Sequence record: NC_042093.1 | From: Klebsiella phage Sugarland | DNA: 64,000 nt | Reading direction: 5' to 3' (one strand) | In this document: positions 18,931-27,986 of the stretch, piece by piece | Numbering within the stretch: the first letter of the stretch is position 1 | Layout of the letters: each line of letters starts with the position of its first letter | Translations under genes and position numbers: made by a program | Notes under the pieces: model-generated | What the model was told of the DNA's origin: nothing | Seen by the model: the letters and a program-made list of their open reading frames with translations, nothing else | The model's database searches: none

Positions 18931-18959
18931 ATTGCTTAGTCCTGATTTTCTTGCTATAA
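18931..18959 (+). promoter_or_regulatory. sigma70 promoter (TTGCTT -35, extended -10 TGcTATAAT)
   Basis: 17-nt spacer. Same architecture as promoters at 27498 and 27597. Confidence 0.55.
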
Positions 18960-18990
18960 TATTTATATAAATTGATGAGGAAGAAAATCA

Positions 18991-19740
18991 ATGAAAATTG
19001 AAATTCCACTGAATTGCCCCTCTTGTGGTTCGAAACTGGACTTAGTTAACGATCAGTTGTTCTGCCGTAACAAGTCTATGTGTCCAGCTCAAAGCAGTAA
19101 ATTAATCGAGAACTTCTGCTCAAAGATGAAGTTAAAGGGCTTTGGCCCACAGACGATTGCTAAACTGGAAATCACGAAAGTTTCAGAACTCTTTTTCCTG
19201 ACTAAAGAAGATTTAGTCAGAGCTGTAGGTGATAAAGTCGCCACGAAACTTGAGCTAGAGTTGGAAACTAAGCTGAGACAAGATGTTGACTTTGGTTCGG
19301 TTCTTGGATCTCTTAGTATCCCTCTTATCGGTGAAGTTGCTGCTAAGAAATTATCCCAGCTTTACAACGATTTCCAATCTGTGAAAGCGGAAGGTAAAGC
19401 TGGAGAACACTTAGCTTCGTGGAAGAATACACCGGCAGGACAGGACGTAATTAATCTACCATGGAAATTCAGTGGGGCGCGGGAAACTCAAGTTACCCCG
19501 GCGACTGAATCCAACGGAGTTGTTCTTTGCATTACTGGTAAGCTCAACGACTTCAAAAATCGTGCTGATGCTACCAAATATCTGGAAAGTCTTGGATACA
19601 CGGTGAAAACCTCCGTTACTAAGGCTGTAAACTACTTAATCTGCGAAGATGAAACCAAGATCGGTTCTTCTTCATACAAAAAAGCACAATCGCTGGGCAT
19701 CGAAGTCTTGACGATTAAAATTCTACTGGAGAATAAATAA
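18991..19740 (+). CDS. ligB: NAD-dependent DNA ligase, C-terminal half (Zn finger, HhH, BRCT)
   Basis: 249 aa. CPSCGS...C...C zinc finger, helix-hairpin-helix region, BRCT-like C-terminus. Own RBS and ATG. Confidence 0.8.
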   Translation: MKIEIPLNCPSCGSKLDLVNDQLFCRNKSMCPAQSSKLIENFCSKMKLKGFGPQTIAKLEITKVSELFFLTKEDLVRAVGDKVATKLELELETKLRQDVDFGSVLGSLSIPLIGEVAAKKLSQLYNDFQSVKAEGKAGEHLASWKNTPAGQDVINLPWKFSGARETQVTPATESNGVVLCITGKLNDFKNRADATKYLESLGYTVKTSVTKAVNYLICEDETKIGSSSYKKAQSLGIEVLTIKILLENK

Positions 19741-19742
19741 AA

Positions 19743-20501
19743 ATGGCTAAATTAACCTGGAACGAAGAAATCACTGCATCCCTGACCGCTAAAGCTAACG
19801 CCCTGAACGCGACCGTTATCTCTCAGGAAGCTGTTGCTAACATCGCTGCTGAACTGGCTGCTGAAACTGGTAAAGAAGTTACCGCTCGTTCGGTTGGTTC
19901 TAAACTGCGTAAAGAAGGCTTCGAAGTGCAGAAAGCATCCGACGTAACCAAATCTCCATGGACTCCGGGTCAGGAAGATGAGCTGGTTGCATTCCTGAAC
20001 GATCATCCAGGTCAGTATACCTACGCTGAAATCGCTGCTGCTGTAGTTGGTGGTGCTTATACCGCTAAACAAGTACAGGGTAAAATCCTGAGCCTGGAAC
20101 TGACTGCCGCTGTTAAGCCTACTGAAAAGGCCGCCGCTGTACGTAGCTTTAGCCCGGATCAGGAAGCTGCTTTCATTAACGCCGTTGCCAGTGGCGCGTC
20201 CGTTGAAGCAATCGCTGCTCAGTTTGAACGTACCGTTAAGCAGATCCGTGGTAAAGCTCTGAGCCTGCTGCGTGAAGGCCGTATCGAAGCTATGCCGGTT
20301 CAGGAAGTCTCTAATGCTAAGGCACGTGAAGACGTTCTGGAAGGTCTGAATATCGCTGATATGACCGTTGCTGAGATCGCAGAAGCAACTGGTAAATCCG
20401 AGCGTGGTGTTAAGTCTATGCTGAGCCGCCGTGGTATCTCTGCTAAGGATCACGATGGTGTTGCTAAGCGCGCTAAACTTGACGCTAAATCCGCCAAGTA
20501 A
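19743..20501 (+). CDS. abundant repeat-domain DNA-binding protein candidate (possibly T5 D5-like)
   Basis: 252 aa, four ~60-aa HTH-like repeats, very strong codon optimisation, own terminator. Size and position match T5 D5, but the D5 assignment is an inference. Confidence 0.45.
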   Translation: MAKLTWNEEITASLTAKANALNATVISQEAVANIAAELAAETGKEVTARSVGSKLRKEGFEVQKASDVTKSPWTPGQEDELVAFLNDHPGQYTYAEIAAAVVGGAYTAKQVQGKILSLELTAAVKPTEKAAAVRSFSPDQEAAFINAVASGASVEAIAAQFERTVKQIRGKALSLLREGRIEAMPVQEVSNAKAREDVLEGLNIADMTVAEIAEATGKSERGVKSMLSRRGISAKDHDGVAKRAKLDAKSAK

Positions 20502-20515
20502 TTGATTTGACCTGA

Positions 20516-20548
20516 GGGGAGAGGAATTTTGTTCCTCTCCCCTTTTTC
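20516..20548 (+). terminator. rho-independent terminator
   Basis: GGGGAGAGGAA-TTTTG-TTCCTCTCCCC followed by TTTTT. Confidence 0.8.
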
Positions 20549-20585
20549 GTTTAAGTAGACGCTAACGCGGCGTAGAGAGTATCTT

Positions 20586-22064
20586 ATGTATAACGTCCAA
20601 GCAGTAGTTTTGAAAATGCTCCTAGCCTCCGATCAAAAGCAGGTGGCCCTAGAGACATTCTCTAGACTGCGCAAAGATCACTTCAATGACGCATTTACCG
20701 CGATCTACCAAGCTGTCCAGAATTATTACAAAAAGCATAACGGAATGCCTTCGTTAGATGCTCTGATGCTAGAGTCTAACAGAAACGCAAGGTTGTCTCA
20801 AGCACTAACTGTTTTAGCAAACACTCAGATTCCAGACGTTGACATATCGCATGCGATTCATGTCCTAGAGTCGGAATACACACAGGATCTATTCCTGAAT
20901 CTGCTAGAAACTGATGTGTTGCAGGATATTACCATACTGGATCAGGGAGAATTACTTGATCGAGTAGCGGCTCTGCACATGAAGCTAGAGGAACGAGTAA
21001 CAACGACTGGTAAGGTCTTCAACGCCGATACTATGCGTGTTTTCAAGAGAAAAGAAGACTCCATGTTAAATCTTATCTCTCTCGGCATCTCAAACGAATT
21101 TGATGCTCAACTTGGCGGAATTGCCAGAAAAGAAACACTGCTACTCGGTGGATGGCGTGGTACAGGTAAATCAATCATCTGTTCTAACATTCAAGTAGCC
21201 CAGTATTACAACGGGGATATCGCCCCATATTTCTCCATCGAAATGCCAGAGAATGAGGTCTTTAGACGTAACCTAGCCATTATGGCCGGTGTTTCAGCTA
21301 AGGCTATGCGCAATGACTCCTTACAAGGTATTGAACTCAACAAACTTGCGAAGACTCGTGCAAAAATGTTCGAAGGCGGTCTGGAAGTATATAACGATTT
21401 TGTATCACGTTATACGCTCAACGAGATGAGTGACTTCCATGATATGGAGACTATGCTAATGCAGGAAAGACCCCTGCACACTCCGATGATCATCGTATAT
21501 GATCCGGAGCTTAGTACAGCAACTATTGATGTTGAACTGACTAAGTTAACCTCCAAGTATGGGGATAAGGTAACAATCGCCCTGCTAGACTATATCAACC
21601 AGGTACGTTTGCCGGATACAAAGACATTAGATATGTATGATTGGAAGCAGCAGATGGTTGTCTCCTCTACGTTCAAGTCTACGTGCCAAAAGCATAACGT
21701 TGCTGGTGTAGCTCCTTACCAGATTGACCAACAGGGTAACGCCCGTATGGCAAGAGGTATTCTCGATTCCTGTGATATGGCTGCAAATCTAAATGCTGCT
21801 AAACAGAACGAGGGGCATGACGGTGCAATCAAGTTTGACTTCGTAAAAACTCGTAACTCCGAGGGTATGACATTCATGCCGAAGATCAACTGGAACTCAT
21901 TACGTATGGATCAGACTTCTGATCTTAAACTAGAGGACATTCGTCAGATGGAAGCAGAGTTTGTTATCCCACTTGAAAGCGACAAACCGAAAGACAAACC
22001 AAAAAGGAAAAAGGCTTCGGATGAGGATACTAATCCCACCGGAGAATCCTCAAGAGACTTATGA
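20586..22064 (+). CDS. DnaB-like replicative DNA helicase
   Basis: 492 aa. Walker A GWRGTGKS and RecA-like C-terminal domain. Confidence 0.75.
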   Translation: MYNVQAVVLKMLLASDQKQVALETFSRLRKDHFNDAFTAIYQAVQNYYKKHNGMPSLDALMLESNRNARLSQALTVLANTQIPDVDISHAIHVLESEYTQDLFLNLLETDVLQDITILDQGELLDRVAALHMKLEERVTTTGKVFNADTMRVFKRKEDSMLNLISLGISNEFDAQLGGIARKETLLLGGWRGTGKSIICSNIQVAQYYNGDIAPYFSIEMPENEVFRRNLAIMAGVSAKAMRNDSLQGIELNKLAKTRAKMFEGGLEVYNDFVSRYTLNEMSDFHDMETMLMQERPLHTPMIIVYDPELSTATIDVELTKLTSKYGDKVTIALLDYINQVRLPDTKTLDMYDWKQQMVVSSTFKSTCQKHNVAGVAPYQIDQQGNARMARGILDSCDMAANLNAAKQNEGHDGAIKFDFVKTRNSEGMTFMPKINWNSLRMDQTSDLKLEDIRQMEAEFVIPLESDKPKDKPKRKKASDEDTNPTGESSRDL

Positions 22065-22945
22065 GTAGAATAACCGAGCTTTTAGATCTCAAAGGGATTG
22101 AATACAGAGATACGGGTGGGGACATCCTCATCCGCTGTCTCAATCCTGATCATGAGGATGCTCATCCGAGTTTGCGTGTTGACCCCGACTCCGGGGTTTT
22201 TCACTGCCTAAGCTGCGGATTTGGTCGTGGTATACCAAGCATCTTTCATTACTTCAATGAAGAACAGTACAGGACGTCCCCTAGACTCCTGAAAGTTCGT
22301 AGAATGATTAGTGACCTCCGAACTGAGGGTCGCAGTCTAGAAATTCCTGAATCAGCCATGATATTCGACCAAGACTTTCGTGGTATCAAAGCAGAGACTT
22401 TCAAAAAGTACTTTGCATTCCAACAAACAGAGGACTGGGAAGGTCGTGTAGTGTTTCCTATTACGGATGCCGTAGGGAGAAACTTATTCTTCTTAGGCCG
22501 TAATATGGATAGCTCTGCCCCTCCGAAATATATGATTAGACCAAAGAAGGTCTCCCCACCAATCTTCCCTGTTCGATATAACACCCCAGCCCTAATCCTA
22601 GTCGAAGGTATATTCGACATGTTGAATCTAGAAGATAAAGGTTGCCATAACGTTTCATGTTGTTTTGGTACTCACCAGTTCTCACTAGATAACATTGCAG
22701 ATAAATTCATGCCGTTCCAAATCGCCGGTACGACTCACGTAGTCATCATATTGGATAATGATAAGTCCGGTAATGAGGCGGCTAAGAAGTTGGCCAAATT
22801 AATCCGTGATAAGACTAGAATTATACCAATTATAGGTAACTTCTTGCTTCCAGAGGGCAAAGACCCTGGAGACCTAGATGCTGAAGAAGTCGACCAGCTC
22901 ATCAGAAACGTAGAAATCTTGATTGCCGAACATGTCAAGATTTGA
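22061..22945 (+). CDS. DnaG-like DNA primase
   Basis: 294 aa. N-terminal Zn-binding CLNPDH...HCLSCG. TOPRIM motifs (EGIFD, DNDKSG). Confidence 0.8.
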   Translation: MSRITELLDLKGIEYRDTGGDILIRCLNPDHEDAHPSLRVDPDSGVFHCLSCGFGRGIPSIFHYFNEEQYRTSPRLLKVRRMISDLRTEGRSLEIPESAMIFDQDFRGIKAETFKKYFAFQQTEDWEGRVVFPITDAVGRNLFFLGRNMDSSAPPKYMIRPKKVSPPIFPVRYNTPALILVEGIFDMLNLEDKGCHNVSCCFGTHQFSLDNIADKFMPFQIAGTTHVVIILDNDKSGNEAAKKLAKLIRDKTRIIPIIGNFLLPEGKDPGDLDAEEVDQLIRNVEILIAEHVKI

Positions 22946-22951
22946 TATAAT
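22924..22951 (+). promoter_or_regulatory. promoter for DNA polymerase gene
   Basis: TTGCCG, 16-nt spacer, TGaTATAAT. Confidence 0.45.
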
Positions 22952-23012
22952 AATTGGGTAAGTTTGAGAAGAAACACTGACGTTTTACTTGCTTACCTAA
23001 TAGGAGAAATCA

Positions 23013-25583
23013 ATGAAAATTGCAGTTGTAGACAAATCACCGAATAACGTCCGCTATCAGAAACACTTCGAACTCTTCGACCATGAGGTTGAGACCTTCT
23101 TCATGGCTAGTGAGAAAGTAACCGGGCGACTGCTCAAGAAACATATCACTATCGGAACACCGGAGAACCCGTTCAATCCGGAAGATTTTGATTACGTTAT
23201 TCTGGTAGGTGCAGACCCGTTCTTGAAGTTTGCAGCTAAGAAAGGCATTTCCGATTACTCAGGTAAACGTGTTGAGCACGATGGGTATGCTAACTGGATT
23301 GCAAGTATCAGTCCGGCCCAGCTCCACTTTAAACCGGAAATGAAGCCTGTATTTGAAGCCACAGTAGAGAGCATTCATGCCATTCTCAATGGTCGTGAAA
23401 AACGCTCCAAAGCAGGTGATTACCGCCCGATTCAGTGCCCGGATGAAGCCGAAGCATACGTGAAGATGGTGTATACCATGTGTCCCGGTATGATCGCATA
23501 CGACTCCGAAACCAGTGCGCTGTATTGCCGAGATGGTTACATGTTGGGGATCTCAATCTCCCACCAAGAGTACCAGGGCGTGTATATTGATGCAGACGTC
23601 ATCACAGAAAATACCGTCTATTACTTACAGAAGCTGTTCGATAGTCCGGAACATGGCGTTGTGTTCCATAACTTGAAGTTTGATATGCACTTCTACTGTT
23701 ATCATTTAGGTCTATCCTTTGATAAGGCAGCAGAAGAGAAACGCCTCCACGATACCATGCTGATGCACTACGCCCTAGATGAACGACGTGGTACACACGG
23801 TTTGAAATCTTTGGCGATGAAGTATACCGATATGGGGGATTACGATTTTGAACTCGACCAGTTCAAGGAGACGTATTGCAAGACGCATAAGATCAAGAAA
23901 GAGGATTTCTCGTATGATCTCATTCCGTTTGATATCATGTGGCCTTACGCAGCGAAGGATACCGATGCAACACTGCGTCTATCCAATTTCTTCCTGCCAA
24001 AAGTCGAAGCTAACCCTCGACTGAAGTCTCTGTATTACGATGTACTGATGCCAGGATGTGTATTCTTACAGCGCATGGAAGACCGTGGTGTACCGATCTC
24101 CAAAGATCGTCTGAAAGAGGCTCAGGTTCAGTTAATGACTGCGCTACAGCTCGCAAAAGCTAAGCTGTACGAGTATCCCGAGGTTCGTAAGCTAGAGGAA
24201 GATCAAGGCTCGGTGTTTAACGCAGCCTCTGTTGTGCAGCTTCGTAAGCTCCTGTTCGATTATGTTGGCTTAACCCCAACTGGTATCATGACAGATACCG
24301 GTGCAGATTCCACTGGCGCAGATGCCCTGAAAGAACTTTCAGACCAGCATCCGATAGCTAAGACTCTGTTAGAGATTCGTAAGATCTCCAAGCTGCTCTC
24401 GACGTATATCGAGAAGATGCTGATCAGTATTGATGCTGACGGTTGCATTCGTACCGGATTCCATATCCATATGACTACCTCCGGTCGTCTGAGTTCGTCC
24501 GGTAAGCTGAACCTCCAGCAGTTACCCCGTGATGAGTCTGTTATTAAAGGTTGTATTGTTGCCCCTGTAGGTTATCGCATTATCGCATGGGACTTAACAA
24601 CTGCTGAGATTTACTATGCCGCTGTACTGTCTGGTGACATTAACATGCAGCAAGTGTTTATTAACATGCAGAACGACCCGGAAAACTACTCGGACTTCCA
24701 CGGTTCAATCGCACACATGGTATTTGCTCTGCCGTGTAAACCGACTGAGGTTAAAAAGCTGTATCCTGCACTGCGTCAGGCTGCAAAAGCGATTTCGTTC
24801 GGTATTCTTTATGGCTCTGGCCCAGCTAAAGTAGCAGCGTCAGTAAACGAAGCTCTCCTAGAAGAGCACATGAAGACTGGTAAACCGTACACTGAATGTA
24901 CCACTGGTGATGCGAAAGAGTACATCGAAACCTACTTTGGCCGATTCCCTCAGCTTAAGAAATGGATCGATAAATCTCACTCTCAAATCCAGACTAACGG
25001 CTTCATTTACAGCCACTTTGGCCGTAAGCGTCGTCTGCACAACATTAACTCCGAAGACCGTGGTGTACAGGGTGAAGAACTGCGTTCTGGTTTCAACGCC
25101 ATCATTCAGTCTGCATCTTCTGATAGTCTCCTGCTAGGTGCTATCGATACCGATAATGAGATTCGCTCTCTTGGTCTGCAGGACGAAATGAAAATTATCA
25201 TGCTGGTTCACGACTCCGTGGTTGCCATTGTTCGTGAGGATTTGGTTGATCAGTACAACGAGATGCTAATCCGTAACATTCAGGTAGACCGTGGCATTAG
25301 TATTCCGGGCTGTCCTATTGGTATCGACTCTGACTCAGAGGCTGGTGGTTCTCGTGATTACTCCTGTGGTAAAATCAAGAAACAGCGTCCTTCTGTTGCT
25401 TGCATTGAGGACAAGGAGTTTGAGGAGAAAGTACGTAGTATTATCGGTATGGAGGACTTCGATTACGCTGCTATTGCGGCTAACGATGAAAACCACCCTG
25501 ATCACGATAAGTACGCCAATATTAAGTTCTTGCCGGAAATCAGCAAAGATATTGTCAACGTTCGCAGGGTTCTTGGTGCTTAA
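23013..25583 (+). CDS. family A DNA polymerase with 3'-5' exonuclease
   Basis: 856 aa (T5 polymerase is about this size). Exo motif DSET, motif B K...YG (KAISFGILYGSG), motif C VHDS. Confidence 0.9.
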   Translation: MKIAVVDKSPNNVRYQKHFELFDHEVETFFMASEKVTGRLLKKHITIGTPENPFNPEDFDYVILVGADPFLKFAAKKGISDYSGKRVEHDGYANWIASISPAQLHFKPEMKPVFEATVESIHAILNGREKRSKAGDYRPIQCPDEAEAYVKMVYTMCPGMIAYDSETSALYCRDGYMLGISISHQEYQGVYIDADVITENTVYYLQKLFDSPEHGVVFHNLKFDMHFYCYHLGLSFDKAAEEKRLHDTMLMHYALDERRGTHGLKSLAMKYTDMGDYDFELDQFKETYCKTHKIKKEDFSYDLIPFDIMWPYAAKDTDATLRLSNFFLPKVEANPRLKSLYYDVLMPGCVFLQRMEDRGVPISKDRLKEAQVQLMTALQLAKAKLYEYPEVRKLEEDQGSVFNAASVVQLRKLLFDYVGLTPTGIMTDTGADSTGADALKELSDQHPIAKTLLEIRKISKLLSTYIEKMLISIDADGCIRTGFHIHMTTSGRLSSSGKLNLQQLPRDESVIKGCIVAPVGYRIIAWDLTTAEIYYAAVLSGDINMQQVFINMQNDPENYSDFHGSIAHMVFALPCKPTEVKKLYPALRQAAKAISFGILYGSGPAKVAASVNEALLEEHMKTGKPYTECTTGDAKEYIETYFGRFPQLKKWIDKSHSQIQTNGFIYSHFGRKRRLHNINSEDRGVQGEELRSGFNAIIQSASSDSLLLGAIDTDNEIRSLGLQDEMKIIMLVHDSVVAIVREDLVDQYNEMLIRNIQVDRGISIPGCPIGIDSDSEAGGSRDYSCGKIKKQRPSVACIEDKEFEEKVRSIIGMEDFDYAAIAANDENHPDHDKYANIKFLPEISKDIVNVRRVLGA

Positions 25584-26073
25584 CTTTAGCTTACCAGTAT
25601 ATGCTTTAAGGGCTTATGATGTACTCTTCCAAGAGGGGGAGTACATTGTTATCCAGACGAGATTTACAAGGTATGTGCTGGACAACCCAAGCCTTCCTGG
25701 GACATTCTCTCAGCGAAGGCTTTTTCTTTATGGTGAGCGGGAAAATTTACCTTACAAGCTCTATCCATTAAAGAAACAGTTCAAGTACTTATCTCAAATA
25801 ATAAATTCTGGACTAAAGCATTTCATCGACTCCACAGGTAAGATAGTAACATGGAAGCCTACAACTTACTATAACATTATCACGGAACGCGTTAGAGGAT
25901 CAACTAGAATCTTCAACGGAAAGTACCAGTGTTATGTCAAGAACGTTCCATATCCTTTCTTACTTAGTGAACCTGCCAACTATATCTCGTACGCGTTGGT
26001 TCGCGGTTCACCAGTTATTTTTGATACGCACGAAGAGGAGCCAGAAACTCCTAGACTTAGAGTTAAGATATGA
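25576..26073 (+). CDS. hypothetical protein with no in-frame ATG (GTG/TTG start inferred)
   Basis: Protein-like ORF. The 5' part of track ORF 25291-26073 overlaps the polymerase. The only plausible starts are TTG 25573 or GTG 25576. Confidence 0.35.
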   Translation: MLNFSLPVYALRAYDVLFQEGEYIVIQTRFTRYVLDNPSLPGTFSQRRLFLYGERENLPYKLYPLKKQFKYLSQIINSGLKHFIDSTGKIVTWKPTTYYNIITERVRGSTRIFNGKYQCYVKNVPYPFLLSEPANYISYALVRGSPVIFDTHEEEPETPRLRVKI

Positions 26074-27428
26074 AGATAGTTATATCTAATAAAATCTATT
26101 GTAAACCCAGCGACGAACTGTGGGAATACTTATTAAAACACACTTCATACCAGATCTTTAAACCTGGGGCGAAGTATCCTCTAATGTTCCAGAACTCTGG
26201 ATCGGTAGGTAAGGAAATCAAGTGGTTCCCAGTAACCAGATTAGATCTGCTAGAATCTTTCGGGCAAAAAGTGACAGAGGTCGTGGATAAACGTACCTTG
26301 GTTCCTGTCGATATGCCAAAGCCATCGTTTACCCTGAGATCCGGAGATCAGCTCCCTATATATGAAGACTGTAACGATACGTGCATTATTAATGGTAAGC
26401 CCGGGTTCGGTAAAACAATCCTCGCTCTCGCTATCGCCCATAAACTTGGGCAAAAAACGTTAGTTATATGTACCAACACTACCATTCGAGCTATGTGGGA
26501 AAAGGAGGTACGCAAGTTCTTCGGGATTGAGCCAGGAGTCATTGGGTCGGGCAAATTTAATATCGATTCGCCTATCGTTATTAGTAATATACAGACAGTT
26601 AACAAACACGGAGCCGCCTTGGCAAAAGAATTCGGCACCGTTATTGTTGACGAAGTGCATCACTGCGTTGCCACCACGTTCACCAAGTTTCTAGAACAGT
26701 CTTCGGCACGATATAAAATCGGGCTATCCGGTACATTAAAACGTAAGGATGGGCTACAGGTTATGTTTAAGGACTATTTTGGAACGAAAGTGTATAGTCC
26801 TCCGGTAAATAACACTCTGCCACCTACTATCCATAGGTTTGCGCTAAAAACGCAGGTTTCTGGAAATATGAATGTGCCGTGGGCGATAAGAGCTAACGAT
26901 GTGTATTCGCAGCCAGAGTACTTTCAACAGGTTGTTGATTTGTGCGAATTATATTCGATGGCAGGTCATAAAGTCCTATTTGTGTCCGATCGTATAGATC
27001 TGATTGAGAGAGTTACGAATGCTTTGGAACTCAGGGGTGTGAAGACCTACACGATTACCGGTGTAACTTCGCTCGATGATAGGGAGCAGGTACAGATTGA
27101 CGTGACCAATGATGGTCCATGTGTATTAGCGGCCTCCCAAAGCATCTTCTCTGAGGGTGTATCATTAAATGCTTTATCGTGTTTAGTGTTAGGCTCTTTA
27201 ATAAATAACGAATCTCTAATCGAACAGTTGGCAGGTCGTGTCCAACGTATGGCAGATGATAAGTTAGATCCAATTCTCGTGGATCTGAAGCTAGGAGGTG
27301 TAGGATTCAAGCAGGCGGCAGGTAGAGAAGCGGTATATCGTCTCAATGGGTGGGAAGTTCTTGACTTTAACGAGAAGAATATGGTAAACTTAGATAAAAT
27401 TCTGTTTGCTAAGAACCCCAAAGTTTGA
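26070..27428 (+). CDS. SF2 DNA helicase (T5 D10-like)
   Basis: 452 aa. Walker A GKPGFGKT, DEVHH box, helicase C-terminal domain. Confidence 0.7.
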   Translation: MKIVISNKIYCKPSDELWEYLLKHTSYQIFKPGAKYPLMFQNSGSVGKEIKWFPVTRLDLLESFGQKVTEVVDKRTLVPVDMPKPSFTLRSGDQLPIYEDCNDTCIINGKPGFGKTILALAIAHKLGQKTLVICTNTTIRAMWEKEVRKFFGIEPGVIGSGKFNIDSPIVISNIQTVNKHGAALAKEFGTVIVDEVHHCVATTFTKFLEQSSARYKIGLSGTLKRKDGLQVMFKDYFGTKVYSPPVNNTLPPTIHRFALKTQVSGNMNVPWAIRANDVYSQPEYFQQVVDLCELYSMAGHKVLFVSDRIDLIERVTNALELRGVKTYTITGVTSLDDREQVQIDVTNDGPCVLAASQSIFSEGVSLNALSCLVLGSLINNESLIEQLAGRVQRMADDKLDPILVDLKLGGVGFKQAAGREAVYRLNGWEVLDFNEKNMVNLDKILFAKNPKV

Positions 27429-27434
27429 TATAAT
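27406..27434 (+). promoter_or_regulatory. promoter P1 (TTGCTA, 17-nt spacer, TGaTATAAT) overlapping helicase 3' end
   Basis: Read directly from sequence. Confidence 0.5.
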
Positions 27435-27497
27435 ATTTATATTGAATTGAGAGACAGATTTACAAAGAAGAGTTAAGCAAATAGTTAAAAATTTCAG

Positions 27498-27526
27498 TTG
27501 CTGAGTCCTCAAAAATACGATATAAT
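27498..27526 (+). promoter_or_regulatory. promoter P2 (TTGCTG, 17-nt spacer, TATAAT)
   Basis: Upstream element AAAAATTTCAGTTGCTGAGTCCT resembles the one at 18920. Confidence 0.55.
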
Positions 27527-27596
27527 ATCTGTATAAATTAATGGGAACAGCAACTGAATCTTCGGAAAGTCCGAAGCAGAAAAATAAAAAACTTAG

Positions 27597-27626
27597 TTGC
27601 TAAATTCTCTCAAAATGGTGTATAAT
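27597..27626 (+). promoter_or_regulatory. promoter P3 (TTGCTA, 18-nt spacer, TATAAT)
   Basis: Directly upstream of ORF 27631. Confidence 0.5.
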
Positions 27627-27630
27627 AATC

Positions 27631-27984
27631 ATGTTGTTTTATGATTACGAAAAAATTTACATATTAGCGCGAGGTAACTCATCGCTGATTGTACAGATTA
27701 TCAGACGAATGGTTGAAGATCCCGAAGCTCATGTGATGTTAACGGGTAGATCATTTATCTTGAACGAAGATACAATCGTTTATAACAAACGAAAGCTGTC
27801 AGACCGACAGTTGGCTGAGTATCTAGGACTTTTGAGTTTTAGAAACTATGCCGAATATAGCTTCTCGAAGGATTCTTCACTGGATATGCAATATATCCCG
27901 CCGTGGGTTCCTAGAGTAGTTATCGAGCACCACCCACTAATCGCAATCAACAAGTCAAAATTGACATTTATCGAGGAAAAATAA
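27631..27984 (+). CDS. hypothetical protein
   Basis: 117 aa. Confidence 0.4.
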   Translation: MLFYDYEKIYILARGNSSLIVQIIRRMVEDPEAHVMLTGRSFILNEDTIVYNKRKLSDRQLAEYLGLLSFRNYAEYSFSKDSSLDMQYIPPWVPRVVIEHHPLIAINKSKLTFIEEK

Positions 27985-27986
27985 AT

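Noticed and set aside
19752-20453. 233-aa minus-strand ORF
   Set aside because: Antisense shadow of the codon-optimised 252-aa repeat-protein gene.
25291-25575. N-terminal 95 aa of track ORF 25291-26073
   Set aside because: Overlaps the 3' end of the DNA polymerase gene in another frame. Only the part after the pol stop looks protein-like.
27544-27606. 20-codon ORF MGTATESSESPKQKNKKLSC between promoters
   Set aside because: No RBS. More likely leader sequence containing the regulatory hairpin.
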